Below, one piece after another: positions 8,621-15,719 of a stretch of DNA of 64,000 nt. The stretch is from positions 2,680-66,679 of IMG/VR virus record IMGVR_UViG_3300044831_000040; one strand, written 5' to 3'. Made by a program: the position numbers and the translations under genes. The notes below the pieces were generated by a model that was not told where the DNA came from, made no database searches, and worked only from the letters and a program-made list of their open reading frames with translations. The DNA is from a virus (Duplodnaviria; Caudoviricetes). Position 1 is the stretch's first letter. Each line of letters starts with the position of its first letter.

Positions 8621-10590
8621 AGACCATCGAGGTAGATGAACTGAAAGGCCAGCAGGTCAGGGCTCGGGCTCTCCGGGCCGAAGCTGCGATGGCCGGAGAC
8701 GACAGCGCCCCTCTCTACGAGCAGACCGACCATGGCTGGGTCACCGGAAAGCTGGAGGTTGAGGATGCCCAGGTGGGCTACCGGCGATATGTCGTGGGTG
8801 ACTACGACGTAGATCCCGCGACCATCCGCCCCCTCGGAGAGAAGGCTGGTTTCCCAGTCGGCATGGCTCTGATCAGGCACATGCAAGAGGCCCATGGATA
8901 CGTCTCAGGGCTAACTCCCAAGCCCAACTCGAACCGGTACAAGCAATGGAAGAAGTCGCACGAGGAGGAATACCACAGCCCAGACCGGTGGGGTGACCAA
9001 CAAGACCACGATCACGGTATGACTCCCACCACTCCCACCGCACCAGCGCCGCCGGACTACTCACAAGCCCAGGCAGATTTTGAAGAGTACACACGCCAGA
9101 AGAATCAGAAGCTCGGGTATGGAGAGGTGACGGCCCCCGAGGTGGTGGACACTTTGCGCGAGGCCGATTGCCCTGTCTGTGGTGACTCCGAGTTCGACGG
9201 CAAGCAATGCAAGAAGTGTGGGTTCCAGAAGCCGCCGGACCAGTACATGGACCCCGATCTGGACAAGGCCAAGGAGGTGGATCTCCGGGGAGGCGAGGAA
9301 GACCCCACGGCGGTCGGAGACGAAATCGCCAACCCAGGGGCCGACGACCTGGTCTGTGACAACTGCGGCCAGACCTTCTCTTCCGGCGGAGATGACGGGG
9401 GAGTCAAGAAGGTCAAGACCATTCCCGAGCTTCCCAAGCCCGATGACACCGACGAAGATGCTGCACCCGATGGCACCCCCGGCCCGGCAGACGGCAAGGT
9501 CGAAGGCGACGTAGAGCCTGGTCCCGATCAACCCCTCAAGGCCGGAGATCAGTGTCCGGTGTGTGGCAAGGGCAAGCTCGTTCCCAACAACGCTGCGACG
9601 GCAGACACTGCCGAGGGCGTCTTTGTTCCCCCCGAAGAGGTGGAGGACGATCCTCCGAAGCCCGTCAAGGAGGCGGCATCTCAGAAGGAGCGGAGTATGA
9701 GATCAGCCCTGGCAGCGTTGGGGGAGCAGCAGGCGGTCATCGAGAGGCAAACCAGGGAGCTTGCTTCCCAGGGTGAACACATCGCCGTCTTGGAGTACCA
9801 GATGGGTGCCCTGGCCCGGCTGGCTGGGGTAGAGCAGCAACTGGTCTCGGCGGGTCGCCAGGCAGTCGCCAAGCTGCGCAAGAAGGCAGACGTTGACAAC
9901 CCTGCCCAGCCTGTCCCTGCGCCAGCCTCTGAGGCCCCTGAGGAGTCAACAGAGCAAGCTCTGGCTCCGGCCGGGCGTGATGATGTCACCTCGATCGGAA
10001 CATCGCCTGTGGCCGACGTACAGCCCGATGCCCAGACCTCTGTCGATGCCCCCCAGACCGTGCTCGACGAACCTCTGGACCTCAACGAAGAGAACGTCAC
10101 CGCCCCGGTGGCGGGCACCGAGGGACCTCTCCCGCTCGACAAGGTCAAGATCGAGACCGACGTGAGGGTGGGCAACCCCGACGACCCGAACCCGGCCTTC
10201 CCACTCGAAGGTCCCTTCGCCCAGCGGGCCACCACGGGTGCCCAGGCAGCCAAGGGTTCGGAATCCCGGGCCTTTGCCTCCCTGCGGTTGGCCCGGTTGC
10301 GGCAGTCGGTGGGGATTGCCCCCGGAGATCCGGCGACGGATGACCTCATGCTCGGGCAGGAGATTGCCGAGAGCGACATGAGCGACGAAGTGATGGCCCA
10401 CGAGATCGGCACCCTCTCGATGATCGTCCAGCAGGCCAGGGCCAACCAGCGGCAGGCACCCAGGAATCTGGTCCCCCGCTCGGCATCCGCCAACGGCCAG
10501 CGTCCCCCGTCCCTGCGCTCGGAGGCTGCGGAGATCCCGGTGCAGACCATGGCCCCCGGTGTCACGGATGAGGAGTTCGGCTTCGAGTAG
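8617..10590 (+). CDS. scaffold-like head assembly protein with Zn ribbons
   Basis: GTG 8617 (GAGGTG RBS, GTGA overlap); several CxxC pairs (CPVCGD...CKKCG, CDNCG, CPVCG), acidic linkers, coiled coil; sits upstream of the capsid genes. Confidence 0.65.
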   Translation: MKTIEVDELKGQQVRARALRAEAAMAGDDSAPLYEQTDHGWVTGKLEVEDAQVGYRRYVVGDYDVDPATIRPLGEKAGFPVGMALIRHMQEAHGYVSGLTPKPNSNRYKQWKKSHEEEYHSPDRWGDQQDHDHGMTPTTPTAPAPPDYSQAQADFEEYTRQKNQKLGYGEVTAPEVVDTLREADCPVCGDSEFDGKQCKKCGFQKPPDQYMDPDLDKAKEVDLRGGEEDPTAVGDEIANPGADDLVCDNCGQTFSSGGDDGGVKKVKTIPELPKPDDTDEDAAPDGTPGPADGKVEGDVEPGPDQPLKAGDQCPVCGKGKLVPNNAATADTAEGVFVPPEEVEDDPPKPVKEAASQKERSMRSALAALGEQQAVIERQTRELASQGEHIAVLEYQMGALARLAGVEQQLVSAGRQAVAKLRKKADVDNPAQPVPAPASEAPEESTEQALAPAGRDDVTSIGTSPVADVQPDAQTSVDAPQTVLDEPLDLNEENVTAPVAGTEGPLPLDKVKIETDVRVGNPDDPNPAFPLEGPFAQRATTGAQAAKGSESRAFASLRLARLRQSVGIAPGDPATDDLMLGQEIAESDMSDEVMAHEIGTLSMIVQQARANQRQAPRNLVPRSASANGQRPPSLRSEAAEIPVQTMAPGVTDEEFGFE

Positions 10591-10624
10591 TAAGCTCGCC
10601 CCAACCCTGCTGGGTGTGGGGTCT

Positions 10625-10665
10625 GCGAAGAAGCCTCGGAGAGATCCGGGGCTTCTTCGCGTTTT
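10625..10665 (+). terminator. intrinsic terminator
   Basis: GCGAAGAAGCCTCGGA-GAGA-TCCGGGGCTTCTTCGC followed by GTTTT. Confidence 0.75.
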
Positions 10666-10769
10666 CCTGGGCTGATCCTGTCCAACGGCATTGCTTCCCC
10701 TAAAGGAAGGGGTGAAGACGCATGCCGGGTTGGTGAGTTGTAGGGACAGTCACAGAAAGGAACTCCACG

Positions 10770-11282
10770 ATGCTTCGGACCACTCTCCAGCTTGCCTACC
10801 TGAAGCGCACCATCCGGCCTCTCTACGGTTGGACCCAGTCCACCCCGAAGTCCGGCTTCCTTGACCCAGCCTGGGATCGCAGCGTCAACATCTGGCCCGG
10901 CATGGCTCTCATGAAGACGGTCGGCAACAACTACACCCTGATCAATGGCACGGGTGTCCCGGCGGGTCTCATGGGGCTCTACGTGGGCGGGGACGGCATC
11001 GACGAGGTGCTTGAGCAGGGTGTCAACGCCATCGCCGTGTGGGTCATGGATCCCGATGCCGAGTTCCAGATCCTCGCTCCGGCGTTCGACACCGCGCAGA
11101 CCTGGACCGATCCCGGAACCGGTGTCGACACCTTCGTCGCAGCCCAGACCGCCGGAGCCAATCGGGGCAAGCTCGTTCCCGCTGGAGTCGGCGGTGCTTC
11201 GACCAAGCCTGTCGGTCGTCTGATCTCCGTCGACAGCCTCACCCAGATCACCATCGGCGGCCTCAACTCTTCGTTGACGTAG
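10770..11282 (+). CDS. capsid decoration-like protein
   Basis: 170 aa Gly-rich protein directly upstream of the major capsid gene; AGAAAGGA RBS. Confidence 0.65.
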   Translation: MLRTTLQLAYLKRTIRPLYGWTQSTPKSGFLDPAWDRSVNIWPGMALMKTVGNNYTLINGTGVPAGLMGLYVGGDGIDEVLEQGVNAIAVWVMDPDAEFQILAPAFDTAQTWTDPGTGVDTFVAAQTAGANRGKLVPAGVGGASTKPVGRLISVDSLTQITIGGLNSSLT

Positions 11283-11324
11283 CAACCGTAGCCGGACCCA
11301 GTCACCAGTAGGAGGGGACACAAG

Positions 11325-12323
11325 ATGAGTGGAAGTCTGCAACTGGCGGGCGGGCTCCGGCCGCGTGTCGCAAGGAAGTCCGACGACTACGTTGCCGAGA
11401 TCGTCAAGCGGCGGGGGGGGGATCAGCAGTCCGTCTCCCGGATGACGCATGAGGCCAAGCTCAAGAAGATGGCCCTCATCCTCCAGGACGAGGTCAACGG
11501 TATCCGTCGTCTCGGCGTCGGGATGATCGGTCCCATTCAGTTGAAGCTGAGGTACCAGGGCATCATCCGCAACGTGCTGATCGAGGACCCGATCACCCCC
11601 GGCACCCCGGTCGAATACGATGTCTGGGACGACTTGGGCCAGGCGTACATCATGTCGGGTCACGAGGGGGAAGTCCGAGTGACTCCCTTCGAAGGCAAGC
11701 GAGTTCCGGTGCGGTTCTTCCGCATCGCCTCCCGCCCGGCCATCCGCAAGGAAGACCTCTTCTACCTCCGGATCAACGCCGTCGAGCAGGCCCAGGACGA
11801 AACCAAGCAGGCGATCATGAAGCAGGAGGACTCCCGCCTGATGGTCATCCTCCAGGCGGCCGAGACCGACTACGCCACGAGGCCCGACCACGTCGTGACG
11901 CCCAACCACAACGTCACCGAGACCTCCGGTTACATCACCCCGCAGTCCCTCTACCTCGCCGTCGCGCAGAGCGACATGCACGAGATCGAGGCCGGGCGCA
12001 TCCTGGTCAACCCCTTCGACTACAGGGACTTCTACCGCTGGGATATCAACCAGACCGGTTGGGCGTTCAAGGACCGGGTTGTCGCCGGGGAGCGCATCAC
12101 CACCTTCGGTGAGTTCCAGATCCAGAGAAGCATCATGATCCCTCAGGGCAAGCTTTTCATCACGCCGAACCCGGACTTCCTTGGCGTCTTCCCGGTGCTG
12201 TACTCCCTCGATGTCGAGGAGAACCACAACGTCGAAGCATTCTGGAAGGGCTGGGTCTTCGACGAGATGGTCACCATGGCGATCCTGAACCCACGAGGCA
12301 TCACCTCCGTCACCAAGCCGTAG
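11325..12323 (+). CDS. major capsid protein (HK97 fold)
   Basis: 332 aa, strongest RBS (AGGAGGGG), strongly C/G-ending codons, MIGPIQLKLRYQGIIRNVL pattern seen in capsids of this phage type; followed by a terminator. Confidence 0.85.
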   Translation: MSGSLQLAGGLRPRVARKSDDYVAEIVKRRGGDQQSVSRMTHEAKLKKMALILQDEVNGIRRLGVGMIGPIQLKLRYQGIIRNVLIEDPITPGTPVEYDVWDDLGQAYIMSGHEGEVRVTPFEGKRVPVRFFRIASRPAIRKEDLFYLRINAVEQAQDETKQAIMKQEDSRLMVILQAAETDYATRPDHVVTPNHNVTETSGYITPQSLYLAVAQSDMHEIEAGRILVNPFDYRDFYRWDINQTGWAFKDRVVAGERITTFGEFQIQRSIMIPQGKLFITPNPDFLGVFPVLYSLDVEENHNVEAFWKGWVFDEMVTMAILNPRGITSVTKP

Positions 12324-12339
12324 TCCATCTTCCTGAACG

Positions 12340-12370
12340 AGAACGCCCCTGAAAATGGGGCGTTCTTCTC
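12340..12370 (+). terminator. intrinsic terminator after the capsid gene
   Basis: AGAACGCCCC-TGAAAAT-GGGGCGTTCT then TCTC. Confidence 0.75.
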
Positions 12371-12455
12371 GTATGGCGATCTGATACCAAGGGGTCTAAC
12401 GCCTGGAGCTATTCTGCTCTAGAATTATCGCGAGCTAAGAGAGGAGGTAGAGCGC

Positions 12456-12614
12456 ATGGCAATCATGCTCGTGTTCTTGCTGATCACGTTCCTGCTGTTC
12501 GGAGCGGGATTCACGCTGCATATCCTGTGGTGGATTGCGGCAATCGCATTGGCCGTCTGGCTGATCGGCCTCATCGTGGGGCGTACCGGCGGCGGGCGCT
12601 GGTATCGCTGGTAG
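12456..12614 (+). CDS. 52-aa hydrophobic membrane protein
   Basis: GAGGAGG RBS; MAIMLVFLLITFLLFGAGFTLHILWWIAAIALAVWLIGLIVGRTGGGRWYRW; not in the ORF track. Confidence 0.75.
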   Translation: MAIMLVFLLITFLLFGAGFTLHILWWIAAIALAVWLIGLIVGRTGGGRWYRW

Positions 12615-12661
12615 CAGAAAAAGAAATCTGCCAAGTGGGCAGGAGTAAAGGGAGGGGTGGG

Positions 12662-12847
12662 ATGAGACGAAGGTTGTTTGCTTCGGCAGTGGTTGTGCTC
12701 AGCATCGTGGGGCTCATGGCCCCGGCGGCGTCGGCAGCGTCGGTCCACCAGCCAGCGACGGTCAAGGTGTTCTGTCCCGACTTCGTGTGGTTCTGCTACA
12801 TCGCCCATCACCACAAGGCACCGCCTCTGGAGCCCTGGATCCGGTAG
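12662..12847 (+). CDS. small secreted protein
   Basis: GGAGGGG RBS; signal peptide MRRRLFASAVVVLSIVGLMAPAASA, then CPDFVWFC. Confidence 0.6.
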   Translation: MRRRLFASAVVVLSIVGLMAPAASAASVHQPATVKVFCPDFVWFCYIAHHHKAPPLEPWIR

Positions 12848-12862
12848 AAAGCGATACCCCCC

Positions 12863-12892
12863 TTGACAGTTGGGGGGCATCTGTGCGACCAT
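12863..12892 (+). promoter_or_regulatory. sigma70/SigA-type promoter of the tRNA island
   Basis: TTGACA-18 nt-GACCAT. Confidence 0.6.
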
Positions 12893-12899
12893 GTGCCCA

Positions 12900-12968
12900 G
12901 GTGGTGTCTTCGGTGGACGCTATCTGACTGACTGCGGGAAAGACCGCTGGCAGCCGGGAAAGACCGGC
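12900..12968 (+). ncRNA. structured RNA motif, copy 1 (tandem GGGAAAGACC hairpins)
   Basis: 5' hairpin, then CTGACT...GCGGGAAAGACCGC-TGGCA-GCCGGGAAAGACCGGC; second copy at 13812-13905. Confidence 0.55.
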
Positions 12969-12972
12969 TCTT

Positions 12973-13045
12973 AGGTCTCTGGCGCAACTGGTAGCGCACC
13001 CGCCTCCAAAGCGGGTGGTTGGGGGTTCGAATCCCTCGGGGCCTG
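12973..13045 (+). tRNA. tRNA-Trp(CCA)
   Basis: Cloverleaf; CCCGC-CTCCAAA-GCGGG; TTCGAAT. Confidence 0.92.
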
Positions 13046-13047
13046 CT

Positions 13048-13127
13048 GGGGTCATATTGACTGACCTGCTGGAGTGGCCTGCGATGGTTCGCCATTCGAC
13101 CGCCGCTCACACCAGCAGTCAGACCCC
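13048..13127 (+). ncRNA. rod-like hairpin RNA with UUCG cap
   Basis: GGGGTC/GACCCC, GACTG/CAGTC, GCTGG/CCAGC, ATGG-TTCG-CCAT nested pairings. Confidence 0.45.
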
Positions 13128-13133
13128 AAAGAT

Positions 13134-13214
13134 GGGGAAGTTGGTAGGCGGTCAACCCGTTAACTGCGGAGAGCCGAAGTCCACCAGTGGGGTTTTAAGC
13201 ACCCCTCCCCTCCA
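13134..13214 (+). ncRNA. degenerate tRNA-like RNA ending in CCA
   Basis: GGGGA/TCCCC-T-CCA; D-like GTTG/CAAC; T-like GGGGT-TTTAAGC-ACCCC; no canonical anticodon loop. Confidence 0.4.
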
Positions 13215-13227
13215 TAGCAGCAAACGA

Positions 13228-13304
13228 TGCGGAGTAGGGAAGCCTGGTCTATCCCACCTGGCTCATAACCAGGGGATCGCTCGGTTCGAATCCGGCCTCC
13301 GCTA
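13228..13304 (+). tRNA. tRNA-Met(CAT), initiator-like
   Basis: CCTGG-CTCATAA-CCAGG; 1:72 mismatch (T:T). Confidence 0.88.
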
Positions 13305-13350
13305 CGATCGGACCCGTGGAGACTTCCTTGCTCTGCGGGTCTGATTTCAT

Positions 13351-13422
13351 GGCCCCATAGTTGATGGGTGAGAACACCGCCCTTTCAAGGCGGAGGACAG
13401 GGTCCGAGTCCCTGTGGGGCTG
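13351..13422 (+). tRNA. tRNA-Glu(TTC)
   Basis: CCGCC-CTTTCAA-GGCGG; T-loop TCCGAGT. Confidence 0.9.
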
Positions 13423-13548
13423 CAAAGGTGGTCACCACCTAGTTACCGAGGGCGGAGGTGTCAAAGCCTCAAGTACCCGAGGCGAAAGTGTGGCCGGGCT
13501 GACGTGGCCTGGTTAAGATGCGTCCAGGGGGCATGAAGGCCCCCACCT

Positions 13549-13621
13549 GCGGCCGTAGCTCAGTTGGTAGAGCGCGACGTTGCCAACGTCGAGGTCGGGA
13601 GTTCGAGACTCCTTGGCCGCT
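13549..13621 (+). tRNA. tRNA-Gly(GCC)
   Basis: CGACG-TTGCCAA-CGTCG. Confidence 0.93.
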
Positions 13622-13639
13622 CAGGGAATGGAAACCCCC

Positions 13640-13669
13640 TTGACACTTTTCGATGTGTCGAGGTATCAT
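13640..13669 (+). promoter_or_regulatory. sigma70/SigA-type promoter
   Basis: TTGACA-18 nt-TATCAT. Confidence 0.75.
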
Positions 13670-13736
13670 CCCTCTTGTCGGTGGTCGCCGGAGTCCCTGA
13701 TGGGGATACGTCTCAGTCCTACGAACACCGGCACCT

Positions 13737-13811
13737 GGTCTCATAGCGCAGTCTGGTCAGCGCAACGCCCTGTCAAGGCGGAGGTCGAGGGTTCAAATCC
13801 CTCTGGGACCG
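13737..13811 (+). tRNA. tRNA-Asp(GTC)
   Basis: ACGCC-CTGTCAA-GGCGG. Confidence 0.92.
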
Positions 13812-13905
13812 CAGGTAGTCTCGACTCAAGGGTCGCCCAACTCGGGTCCTTGCCTGACTCCTTAGACGGCGGGACAGACCGCTGGCACCGGGGGAAAGAC
13901 CCCGG
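13812..13905 (+). ncRNA. structured RNA motif, copy 2
   Basis: CAGGTAG.../CTTGCCTG stem, then CTGACT...GCGGGACAGACCGC-TGGCA-CCGGGGGAAAGACCCCGG. Confidence 0.55.
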
Positions 13906-13910
13906 ACTTT

Positions 13911-13985
13911 GGCTCCTTAGTCGATCGTAGGCAAGACACCACCTTCTCACGGTGGGGATGGAGGGTTCGAGCCCCTCAGGAGTCA
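13911..13985 (+). tRNA. tRNA-Glu(CTC)
   Basis: CCACC-TTCTCAC-GGTGG. Confidence 0.9.
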
Positions 13986-14042
13986 CAAGGGGTCCCGCAC
14001 CCTACAGCCAACGGGCCAGCATGGACCAGGCGGCGGGAACAG

Positions 14043-14115
14043 GCCGTGGTAGCTCAGCAGGTAGAGCCCTCGCATGGTAAGCGAGAGATCGTGGGTTCGA
14101 ATCCCACCCCCGGCT
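14043..14115 (+). tRNA. tRNA-Thr(GGT)
   Basis: CTCGC-ATGGTAA-GCGAG (A32). Confidence 0.9.
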
Positions 14116-14116
14116 C

Positions 14117-14338
14117 ATGGATACGACGCAAGCTCAGGACATCGTGCCCGGCACCGCAGGGAGCCCGGGGCCGTTTCCCTATGAGTACGGCTTCCCCCAC
14201 GTCTATGCCCGCGACGTTCATTCGGGGGCGGGTAACTGCGTCTGCGGTACCCACCTCGGCCACGACCGGCACACCGAAGCTGCCCCGGGCATCCCCGTCC
14301 CAGCCCGCCTTCGCCACAAATCCCAGGACTCTCCCTAA
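14117..14338 (+). CDS. hypothetical 73-aa protein (possible Cys/His metal site)
   Basis: Fills the spacer between tRNA genes; HSGAGNCVCGTHLGHDRH. Confidence 0.5.
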   Translation: MDTTQAQDIVPGTAGSPGPFPYEYGFPHVYARDVHSGAGNCVCGTHLGHDRHTEAAPGIPVPARLRHKSQDSP

Positions 14339-14343
14339 CCCCT

Positions 14344-14380
14344 GGGTTCGTAGCGTAATGGCAGCGCACACGACTTTTAA
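14344..14380 (+). pseudogene. 5' half of split tRNA-Lys(TTT)
   Basis: GGGTTCG-TA-GCGT-AATGGCA-GCGC-A-CACGA-CTTTTAA, then interrupted. Confidence 0.85.
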
Positions 14381-14843
14381 GACCTGCTCTCGATGCGGCG
14401 AAGAGAAGACGACTAATGATTTTTGCCGCAACCGAACTAAGCCTGATGGTCTAAACGCTTGGTGTCGTGAATGCAACAGAAAGCGATCAAGACAATACTA
14501 CGCTGAGAACCAACAACGTCACGTTCGGGTTACTGTGGCTCGGCGGAAGGCCCAGTCCTCATTAGCTCGGCGGTGGGTGATTCAGTATCTTCTCACCCAC
14601 CCATGCGTTGACTGTGGGGAGTCGGATATTGTTGTTTTGGAGTTTGACCACCTTGCTGATAAGAAGAAAGAGGTTTCGGTGATGATCAACGCTGGGTATT
14701 CGGTCAAGGCTATTCAGCGCGAGATTGAGAAGTGCGAGGTTGTCTGCGCAAACTGTCATCGTAAACGCACCGCCCGAAGAGGCAACTACTACAAGTTGAA
14801 TCTTGGGACGGTAGCAAATGATGGCTTAGCAGCGGACCTTTAA
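14358..14843 (+). CDS. HNH endonuclease
   Basis: KTCSRCG...WCRECN Zn ribbon plus CVDCGE...LEFDH...CEVVCANCHRKRT; ATG in the D-loop of the tRNA half; paralogous to 19829..20278. Confidence 0.88.
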   Translation: MAAHTTFKTCSRCGEEKTTNDFCRNRTKPDGLNAWCRECNRKRSRQYYAENQQRHVRVTVARRKAQSSLARRWVIQYLLTHPCVDCGESDIVVLEFDHLADKKKEVSVMINAGYSVKAIQREIEKCEVVCANCHRKRTARRGNYYKLNLGTVANDGLAADL

Positions 14844-14886
14844 TCCGATGACGTGGGTTCGATTCCCACCCGTCCCACTCTCTAGC
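14381..14886 (+). mobile_element. HNH + replacement tRNA-Lys cassette inside tRNA-Lys
   Basis: Flanked by tRNA halves with complementary acceptor strands (GGGTTCG / CGGACCC). Confidence 0.75.
14805..14877 (+). tRNA. tRNA-Lys(TTT), replacement allele
   Basis: GGGACGG/CCGTCCC-A; CGGA-CCTTTAA-TCCG (C33); overlaps the HNH 3' end. Confidence 0.85.
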
Positions 14887-14911
14887 GAGAGTTCGACCCT
14901 CTCCGGACCCA
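14885..14911 (+). pseudogene. 3' half of split tRNA-Lys
   Basis: GAGAG-TTCGACC-CTCTC-CGGACCC-A; pairs with GGGTTCG at 14344. Confidence 0.85.
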
Positions 14912-14915
14912 CCTC

Positions 14916-15125
14916 ATGATGAAGCTCCAGGCCACCGTAGAGGAGCCGGACACCACCACGACCCGTTTCATCGTCGATCTCGATGACGTGGCTCCTGACG
15001 ACCCTGAGCTAGTCGAGAAGGTCATCTACCCCCGATACATCCGCTGGTGCCGGGTCTTCGGCAAGAAGCCCCAGGAGATGACGGCCCTGGGGATCTCTTG
15101 GGGCCAGCCGTGGAGAAAATTGTGA
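14916..15125 (+). CDS. hypothetical protein
   Basis: 69 aa ORF in a tRNA spacer. Confidence 0.55.
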   Translation: MMKLQATVEEPDTTTTRFIVDLDDVAPDDPELVEKVIYPRYIRWCRVFGKKPQEMTALGISWGQPWRKL

Positions 15126-15133
15126 CAAGCCCC

Positions 15134-15162
15134 TTGACAGATCCGGGCACCGAGTGCATCAT
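15134..15162 (+). promoter_or_regulatory. sigma70/SigA-type promoter
   Basis: TTGACA-17 nt-CATCAT. Confidence 0.65.
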
Positions 15163-15168
15163 GGTGGC

Positions 15169-15329
15169 ACTGTGAGAACACAACGAGTCTTGAAGCCAAG
15201 CAGGCGGGTCGCATCCGTGCGACCGTATGCCGCGCTGATCAATGGGCAGCACCTTTTCCCCGTGGGGCTACCCGTGTAAGACAAGCAGCAGGGAAGGATC
15301 ACACGGGGAGCCCAGAGGGGCTCCTTTTT
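15169..15329 (+). ncRNA. candidate ~160-nt small RNA / leader
   Basis: Lies between a promoter and a terminator; hairpin GGTCGCA-TCCG-TGCGACC; no convincing ORF. Confidence 0.4.
15307..15329 (+). terminator. intrinsic terminator inside the tRNA island
   Basis: GGAGCCC-AGAG-GGGCTCC-TTTTT. Confidence 0.75.
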
Positions 15330-15341
15330 CGTAGCGTCGAT

Positions 15342-15425
15342 GTCCGAGTGCTGGAACAGGTATACGGGCCAGGTCGAGAGCCTGGTGGTCGAGAGGCCAT
15401 GCGGGTTCAATCCCCGCCTCGGACA
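15342..15425 (+). tRNA. tRNA-Leu(GAG)
   Basis: CCAGG-TCGAGAG-CCTGG (C33); long variable arm. Confidence 0.88.
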
Positions 15426-15440
15426 CGCAGGAGTTGCATC

Positions 15441-15458
15441 ACCTTGAGAACTGCATAG
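15441..15458 (+). promoter_or_regulatory. boxA-like antitermination site
   Basis: ACCTTGAGAACTGCATAG resembles actinobacterial rrn boxA (TTGAGAAC core); related TGTGAGAACACAAC at 15171-15184. Confidence 0.5.
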
Positions 15459-15528
15459 CGAGTTCGATGATTGTCCCTCCCGCGGGTTGGCGTCATAACC
15501 CGGCCCGCGGGAGGGCGACTCAAACACT

Positions 15529-15601
15529 GGCGGTTTGGCCGAGCCTGGTTAGGCGCAGGGCTGCAAACCCTGCCACCCCGGTCCAAATCCGGGAGCCGCC
15601 T
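15529..15601 (+). tRNA. tRNA-Cys(GCA)
   Basis: CAGGG-CTGCAAA-CCCTG; U73. Confidence 0.92.
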
Positions 15602-15689
15602 CTAGGAAGGATGTGGGTTCGAGCCCCGCCCTCCGTGTCAACTCTCCGGCCGGGAGCCACGGAGGTAGCTCAATTGGTAGAGCACCTCG
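15602..15689 (+). ncRNA. circularly permuted tRNA-like module 1 (YrlA-like)
   Basis: T-arm GTGGG-TTCGAGC-CCCGC and CCTCCGT precede ACGGAGG-TA-GCTC-AATTGGTA-GAGC; acceptor strands perfectly complementary. Confidence 0.7.
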
Positions 15690-15719
15690 ATTTGCAACAG
15701 GCAGTACAGAACTATCCTT

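Noticed and set aside
9681-12227. 848-aa minus-strand ORF
   Set aside because: Antisense shadow of the high-GC3 capsid genes.
13416-13440. tmRNA 5' end (GGGGCTGCAAAGGT)
   Set aside because: It is the 3' acceptor strand of tRNA-Glu; no TTCGAC, tag ORF or matching 3' end.
13677-13733. Hammerhead ribozyme
   Set aside because: Core reads CTGATGG and GAAC rather than CUGANGA and GAAA, and stem I is poor.
14046-14357. N-terminal 104 aa of ORF 14046..14843
   Set aside because: Runs across tRNA-Thr and another ORF; HNH-like sequence begins only at ~14358.
14381-14886. Group I/II intron explanation for the split tRNAs
   Set aside because: Inserts are almost fully occupied by ORF plus tRNA, no catalytic core motifs are visible, and the old halves carry decay mutations or deletions.
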